Below, piece by piece: positions 45,158 through 49,061 of a stretch of DNA of 49,061 nt. Origin of the DNA: a virus; IMG/VR virus record IMGVR_UViG_3300025540_000001. One strand, given 5' to 3'. The notes beneath the pieces were generated by a model. The model saw nothing but the letters and a program-made list of their open reading frames with translations, was not told the DNA's origin and ran no database searches. How positions within the stretch are numbered: position 1 is the first letter of the stretch; each line of letters begins with the position of its first letter. The position numbers and the translations under genes were made by a program.

Positions 45158-46192
45158 ATGAAAGGGTTTGACATTTACCATGGCAGCGGAAATGTCGATT
45201 TTAAAAAGGCATATGCTGCCGGATACCGGATTGTGATGGTAAAAGCGACAGAGGGCAAGACATTTAAGGATCCAAAGTTTTCCGCAAACGTCAAAGCCGC
45301 AAAATCTGCCGGGTTTAAGGTGGGCGCCTACCATTTTGCCCGATTTACAAGCCCGGCGGTCGCCCGGCAGGAAGCGCGGTATTTTTATGGCGCCGTGAAA
45401 GGCTATCTCAAATACATGGATGAACCGTTGGTGCTGGATCTTGAGACCAACCATGCCGGCAGCCAGCTGGTCGCGTCCATGCAGGCGTTTTTTTCCGAGC
45501 TGAAAAAGCTTACCGGTCATAGGCTCATGCTCTATAGCATGGGTTATTTTTATCTCTCAAATTTAAAAGGCCATCATCCCGGTATCCCGTTGTGGTACGC
45601 CCGATACGCATCCAGTCCAATCGGTGTGCACAGCTATTATCTATGGCAAAAGTCGCAGAGCGGGAAGGTGCCGGGGATCTCCGCCTATGTGGACATAAAC
45701 GAGACAGGCCCGGATTATCCGTCCACATTGCAGGCCGAGGTTAAAAAGGCGGCAGCTGCGGTTACTACTGCTAAAAAGGCGGCGTCCACAGCTAAGGAGA
45801 CAACAACAAAGGCAGTGGCCAGGCCAACAACCGCGGTAAAAACGACGCCGTACTATGTAACGGCCGGCAAATTAAACATCCGTAAGAGCCCGGGCGGGGA
45901 CGTTATCGGGCAGCTTAACCACGGCGACAGGGTGCAGGTGCTGGGCATTTCTGCAGGTTGGGCAAAACTCAAATCGGGCAGCAACGTGGTCTATGTATCT
46001 GCTAAGTATCTATCAAAATCGCAAACTGCCACAAAGACGGCGCCGAAACCCGTTTACCACACGGTGGTACGGGGAGACACGGCGTCAGCCATTGCCAAAA
46101 AATACGGTGTCACGCTTGCACAGTTGAAAAGCTGGAACAAGCTTGATAGCAAATACACAATCTATGTCGGTAAAAAAATCCGCGTAAAATAA
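45158..46192 (+). CDS. Endolysin: GH25 muramidase with SH3-like and LysM domains
   Basis: ATG at 45158 with RBS GGAAGGAG. GH25-like GFDIYHGSGNVDFKKAYAAGYRIVMVKATEG. LysM YHTVVRGDTASAIAKKYGVTLAQLKSWNKL. Confidence 0.85.
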   Translation: MKGFDIYHGSGNVDFKKAYAAGYRIVMVKATEGKTFKDPKFSANVKAAKSAGFKVGAYHFARFTSPAVARQEARYFYGAVKGYLKYMDEPLVLDLETNHAGSQLVASMQAFFSELKKLTGHRLMLYSMGYFYLSNLKGHHPGIPLWYARYASSPIGVHSYYLWQKSQSGKVPGISAYVDINETGPDYPSTLQAEVKKAAAAVTTAKKAASTAKETTTKAVARPTTAVKTTPYYVTAGKLNIRKSPGGDVIGQLNHGDRVQVLGISAGWAKLKSGSNVVYVSAKYLSKSQTATKTAPKPVYHTVVRGDTASAIAKKYGVTLAQLKSWNKLDSKYTIYVGKKIRVK

Positions 46193-46204
46193 GGAGGAAA
46201 AAAC

Positions 46205-46732
46205 ATGTTACACACTATTATTCAAGCAGTTTACGCAATCATTCTGGCAGGGATTCCGGCGGTGCTCGGTTATGCCGGAAGATACGCAAAGAAATTTTTG
46301 CAATCGAAACACTTGGAAGGCATCGCCATCCGCGCGGTAAAATATGCAGAACAGTTAATGCCGGAACCGGGGCAGGGCGGGGAAAAGTACCGGGCCGCGT
46401 CTCAATATCTGGCGAAAAAGGCATATCAGCTTTTCAAAGTTAACCTGGAGCCGGCCGATATCAGGGCGCTAATCGAGGCGGCGGTCAATGATCTCAACCA
46501 AGAACTTGCTACATTTGCAGACGCGCCGGCGAAAGAAGCTGTGGAAGACGATGAACCGGCCGAGGAAACGGAACATGCCGGGGAAGAAACAGCATCAGCA
46601 GATGAACAGGTACTCGGTGCAGTTGATGCAAATAATATTAGCGTAACGGCGGAAAACGTTGTTGCACAAGGAGCAAAAAAAGTCGGAGATATGACGCTGG
46701 AAGAATTGCGGGCGGCATTGGCGAATAAATAA
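46205..46732 (+). CDS. Holin-like protein (single N-terminal transmembrane segment, LL-H-type architecture)
   Basis: 175 aa. N-terminal IIQAVYAIILAGIPAVLGYAG, then a soluble acidic region. Adjacent to the endolysin gene. Confidence 0.5.
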   Translation: MLHTIIQAVYAIILAGIPAVLGYAGRYAKKFLQSKHLEGIAIRAVKYAEQLMPEPGQGGEKYRAASQYLAKKAYQLFKVNLEPADIRALIEAAVNDLNQELATFADAPAKEAVEDDEPAEETEHAGEETASADEQVLGAVDANNISVTAENVVAQGAKKVGDMTLEELRAALANK

Positions 46733-46770
46733 GCCGGATCCGGCAATACTAATGATCCACCAGGACAAAT

Positions 46771-46799
46771 CAAAAAAGCCCTCGCAAATGCGGGGGCTT
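46771..46799 (-). terminator. Hairpin with its T-run on the minus strand (terminates leftward cargo transcription; possibly bidirectional)
   Basis: Plus strand AAAAAAGCCCTCGC-AAAT-GCGGGGGCTT. On the minus strand the hairpin is followed by TTTTTTG. Confidence 0.5.
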
Positions 46800-46901
46800 G
46801 AAATTTAAAAAATAACGTGATAATATCTTTTTAAAGGTATCGCGTCCTTTTAAAAAAAATGCGTGGATTGAAACTGTGAATTGGATATTTGAGCTAAGCC
46901 G

Positions 46902-46936
46902 AAACTGCCGGGGCTTATTCCTCGGCAGTTTTGCTT
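46902..46936 (+). terminator. Plus-strand intrinsic terminator for the late operon
   Basis: AAACTGCCG-loop-CGGCAGTTT followed by TGCTTT. Confidence 0.5.
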
Positions 46937-47007
46937 TATAAATAAGGTCGTAAAACCCCTACGCCTTTAGGCTAGTGGTAGTTCAATTTTTAGCCAGAAT
47001 TGCGTGG

Positions 47008-47400
47008 CTAAATATTTGTTTCCCAGGCATCCACAGTTGCTTTCATAGCTTCCATGGCATGTTTTTTTGTGGGAAAATGTTCTATGCCGGATTCCCCGTC
47101 ATCGACATTGTAAGACGGAACTTCATCCGCATACGGATATTCCGGTCCCCAAGCGAAGAAGTAATTTCCATTTTCGGCCTTCCCGACGGCGTAGGCCTCG
47201 CCGTTATTTGGGAAGTTGTCACGCAATTCAACGATTTCTAATACCTCCACTTTCAACTCCTCCTCTTTTTCCTCTACATATTTCCTCATCAATTGTCGGA
47301 TGACTTCACTCTTGTTTTGCATCAGTGCTTCATTTACGCGGTCGAACCGATCAAGAAGGTCCTGATCAATCCTGTATTGCCTCGTACGTTTCACTTTCAT
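47008..47400 (-). CDS. Ribbon-helix-helix (CopG-like) N-terminal domain protein with an unknown C-terminal domain
   Basis: 130 aa from ATG 47400 with RBS GGGAGG. The track ORF is extended to 47481. KRTRQYRIDQDLLDRFDRVNEALMQNKSEVIRQLMRKYV fits an RHH pattern. Confidence 0.6.
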   Translation of the reverse strand: MKVKRTRQYRIDQDLLDRFDRVNEALMQNKSEVIRQLMRKYVEEKEEELKVEVLEIVELRDNFPNNGEAYAVGKAENGNYFFAWGPEYPYADEVPSYNVDDGESGIEHFPTKKHAMEAMKATVDAWETNI

Positions 47401-47437
47401 ACCTCCCATAACCAAAAAGATGGACACAACATGCGCA

Positions 47438-47466
47438 TTGACATGATAAAAGTTTGTGATTATAAT
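47438..47466 (+). promoter_or_regulatory. Perfect consensus sigma-A promoter with no downstream plus-strand ORF
   Basis: TTGACA (47438-47443), 17-nt spacer, TATAAT (47461-47466). Divergent from the RHH gene. Confidence 0.7.
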
Positions 47467-47472
47467 TAGTCC

Positions 47473-47604
47473 ATGAACCATAACACAGGGTGTATTTAAA
47501 TAGTATCTTTTTAATTAATTAACCTGTGCTATTTTTTATTGAACCGTAACATGAGATGTAAGGGAAGAGGGAGCGAACATAAATCCGCTCTCTTTTCTAT
47601 TTTT
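47473..47604 (+). ncRNA. Candidate about-130-nt non-coding transcript (promoter to terminator)
   Basis: Predicted start about 47473. Weak hairpin CACAGG/CCTGTG plus T-run at 47484-47540. Stronger 11-bp hairpin at 47565-47596 followed by CTATTTTT. Only tiny RBS-less ORFs lie inside. Confidence 0.3.
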
Positions 47605-48106
47605 CCGGTTTCCCGAATTTTTCCGTAAGCGCAGTTTCTGATATAAACGTATAGGCGCCGTTACTTTTAAAATGGCCATCCGGATAATCGGCGCCGTCTA
47701 TCTCTTCCACCGATATGCCCCAAGTTTTTGCGGCATCCTTTGCTTCCCACACCTTAATGCCAAGTGGTTTAAAAGTTTTTCGCATTTCCCGGTACATTTC
47801 GTATGCTTCCGCGCGATTCTTTCGTTTGTTATTACGTTCTGCTATTATTTCCTTTATTTTATCGGCAGCCGCCAGAAACTCATCTTCATCTACTTCCCAC
47901 GTTCCAACCGTTTTATAATCTGTTTGTAGTCTAGATTCGCTGTTGTCGAAAGTGGTTGACGGTAAAACCTCCCCAAGGCTGAATATGTAATCTTCCTTAA
48001 CGGCATGTTCGACAATCGCAAATGCCTCGGCAGCTTTTGGTGTCCCCTTTACAAGCTCCGGGTAAACAGTTTCGGAATAAGACGTTTCTTTATACACAAT
48101 TTTCAT
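47597..48106 (-). CDS. Hypothetical cargo protein
   Basis: 169 aa. Second gene of a two-gene minus-strand operon. RBS AGGAGG. No motif recognised. Confidence 0.65.
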   Translation of the reverse strand: MKIVYKETSYSETVYPELVKGTPKAAEAFAIVEHAVKEDYIFSLGEVLPSTTFDNSESRLQTDYKTVGTWEVDEDEFLAAADKIKEIIAERNNKRKNRAEAYEMYREMRKTFKPLGIKVWEAKDAAKTWGISVEEIDGADYPDGHFKSNGAYTFISETALTEKFGKPEK

Positions 48107-48125
48107 TTTTGTTTCCTCCTAATTT

Positions 48126-48497
48126 TTATGCATTAATTTTAGCGCCTTTAAATCTCCAAAACGCTTTTGTTACCGGTGTATATGTGCCACGTTCTTGTGC
48201 CACAATAACACCGTTTTGCAATTCAAGAAACCCTTGTTCTTTACGGTATCCGGATCCGGTATAGTAATTTACGTATAAGCGTTCCTTCCCATATTTTGCC
48301 CAGTAGTTAACGGAATAGGAATCGCTCTTCATTACGGAATTGATGTAGGTTTCAACATCTTCCACCGTAATTTCTTTTGCTGCTTTTGCCTCCTTCCATG
48401 CGAGCCGGAGAGATTCTGCAAAGTATTCCTTTACCTTTCCGCCAAATTTACGTTGTCCTGCTTTAGCAATCTCCCAAGCCCGTTTCATTACGTTCAT
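48126..48497 (-). CDS. Hypothetical cargo protein
   Basis: 123 aa. RBS AAAGGAGA. N-terminal helical MKRAWEIAKAGQRKFGGKVKEYFAESLRLAWKEAK. Confidence 0.65.
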   Translation of the reverse strand: MNVMKRAWEIAKAGQRKFGGKVKEYFAESLRLAWKEAKAAKEITVEDVETYINSVMKSDSYSVNYWAKYGKERLYVNYYTGSGYRKEQGFLELQNGVIVAQERGTYTPVTKAFWRFKGAKINA

Positions 48498-48529
48498 TTC
48501 TCTTATCTCCTTTCCTTTATCTTGATTTC

Positions 48530-48558
48530 ATTGTATCATTTTGTATGTACATTGTCAA
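48530..48558 (-). promoter_or_regulatory. Sigma-A promoter for the two-gene cargo operon
   Basis: On the minus strand: TTGACA (48558-48553), 17-nt spacer, TACAAT (48535-48530) preceded by TGA. Confidence 0.75.
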
Positions 48559-48640
48559 TACGTTTTTTGAATTTTTTTTTATTGGTTTTTGAAAAAAAGT
48601 GATCCAGCCAAAAAATCCCAAAAAATTTTTTCGAGGCATA

Positions 48641-48669
48641 TAGACAAAATAGTTCAATTTTCCTATAAT
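48641..48669 (+). promoter_or_regulatory. Near-consensus sigma-A promoter with no downstream ORF
   Basis: TAGACA (48641-48646), 17-nt spacer, TATAAT (48664-48669). Confidence 0.6.
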
Positions 48670-48675
48670 TTTGTT

Positions 48676-48767
48676 AGCAGGCGTTCCCAATTGTCCATGT
48701 ATTTTGCAAAAAATACCCCCCTATATTATGCCTGCAAAAAAGAGCAGGCTTTCACCTGCTCTTTTTT
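48676..48767 (+). ncRNA. Candidate about-90-nt small RNA ending at a strong terminator
   Basis: Predicted start about 48676. Internal GCAGGC/GCCTGC pairing. Terminator AGAGCAGG-CTTTCA-CCTGCTCT (48741-48762) plus TTTTT, flanked by an A-run so possibly bidirectional. Confidence 0.35.
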
Positions 48768-48803
48768 CTACTCAATACAGCTGGCTGGCTGTCATCTTTT
48801 GAG

Positions 48804-48842
48804 TTGTTGACGAATTGTTGACGAAATTCATCATTGTTGACC
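48804..48842 (+). repeat. Three TTGTTGAC motifs; candidate integrase arm-type sites (attR side)
   Basis: TTGTTGACGA at 48804-48813 and 48815-48824, and TTGTTGACC at 48834-48842. Same orientation as the copies at 142-162. Confidence 0.5.
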
Positions 48843-48934
48843 ATTTTACTCCCCATAAAATCAGATAACTAATTTTTAAAATCCACTTATACCAATGGTT
48901 TTCGATTCATTTCCATCGAGTTCCTAAATTGCCT

Positions 48935-49061
48935 AACACCTTCCCAAGGTGTGGGTCGCGGGTTCGAGTCCCGTCTTCCGCTTAAAGTTTAAACGCTCAA
49001 ACCTCTTGATATAAAAGGGTTTGAGCGTTTTTTGCTTTTCAACAAATTGTAGCTCACGGAA
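48935..49061 (+). repeat. attR: right copy of the 127-bp direct repeat (a tRNA-Gly 3' fragment, not a full tRNA)
   Basis: Identical to 1-127. The sequence upstream of 48935 (ttcctaaattgcct) cannot form the tRNA acceptor or D arm. Confidence 0.85.

Larger units (their letters stand above)
1..49061. mobile_element. Integrated temperate prophage (siphovirus-type module order) bounded by attL/attR direct repeats
   Basis: A perfect 127-bp direct repeat sits at both window ends. Integrase lies next to the left repeat. Lysogeny, early, packaging, head, tail and lysis modules are all present in canonical order. Confidence 0.9.

Noticed and set aside
46991-47010. Hairpin TAGCCA-GAATTGCG-TGGCTA as terminator of the RHH gene
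   Set aside because: On the minus strand it is followed by an A-run rather than a T-run, and on the plus strand no T-run follows either. It is not a convincing intrinsic terminator.
48589-48810. 73-aa plus-strand ORF near attR
   Set aside because: It has no RBS and spans a promoter, a terminator hairpin and the TTGTTGAC repeats. It is better explained as non-coding.
48935-48982. Second tRNA-Gly gene at the right end
   Set aside because: Only the part from the anticodon stem to the 3' end is present. The upstream sequence cannot form the acceptor and D arms. It is the att duplicate, not a functional tRNA.

Overview
The window is one complete temperate siphovirus-type prophage of about 48.8 kb. 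Sigma-A-type promoters, GGAGG ribosome-binding sites (RBS) and YqaJ/RecT, XhlA and YopX-type genes point to a Bacillaceae-like Firmicute host. It is integrated into the 3' part of a tRNA-Gly(CCC) gene and bounded by a perfect 127-bp direct repeat (1-127 = 48935-49061).

Gene order, left to right:
- attL, then a minus-strand lysogeny block: tyrosine integrase, secreted thermonuclease, lipoprotein, ImmA-like protein, XRE repressor.
- A divergent immunity switch.
- Plus-strand early genes: Cro-like, Bro/Ant antirepressor, Xis-like HTH, YqaJ exonuclease, RecT, replication organizer with iterons, DnaC-like loader, DUF1064-like, HNH, YopX and many small ORFs.
- A six-gene Cascade-like RAMP module plus a PAPS-reductase-family gene (15155-19439).
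- ArpU/RinA-like late activator and a ParB-methyltransferase fusion.
- Packaging, head, tail and lysis genes: TerS, TerL, portal, head morphogenesis, scaffold, capsid, connectors, major tail, chaperones, 1374-aa tape measure, Dit, 1716-aa Tal, XhlA-like, GH25-SH3-LysM endolysin, holin-like.
- Minus-strand cargo genes with their own promoters, then attR.

The most interesting element is the array-less, nuclease-less, adaptation-less Cascade-like module: large subunit-like, small subunit-like, Cas7-, Cas5- and Cas6-like proteins, fused in an operon to a CysH-like PP-loop protein. It resembles type IV-B CRISPR-Cas but retains a Cas6-like protein. Its large subunit-like protein ends in a QLxLxL clamp-binding-like tail. 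It sits inside the phage lytic early/middle operon rather than at a moron position.

Secondary observations: TTGTTGAC arm-type repeats next to both att sites, iterons sharing GTTGACGGA with them, two consensus promoters driving short terminated non-coding transcripts next to the cargo genes, a frameshifted small gene, an in-frame (NAG)n 9-bp tandem repeat in the late activator, and tail chaperone ORFs separated only by an in-frame TAG.

All functional calls come from motifs I could read in the translations. No database search was possible.
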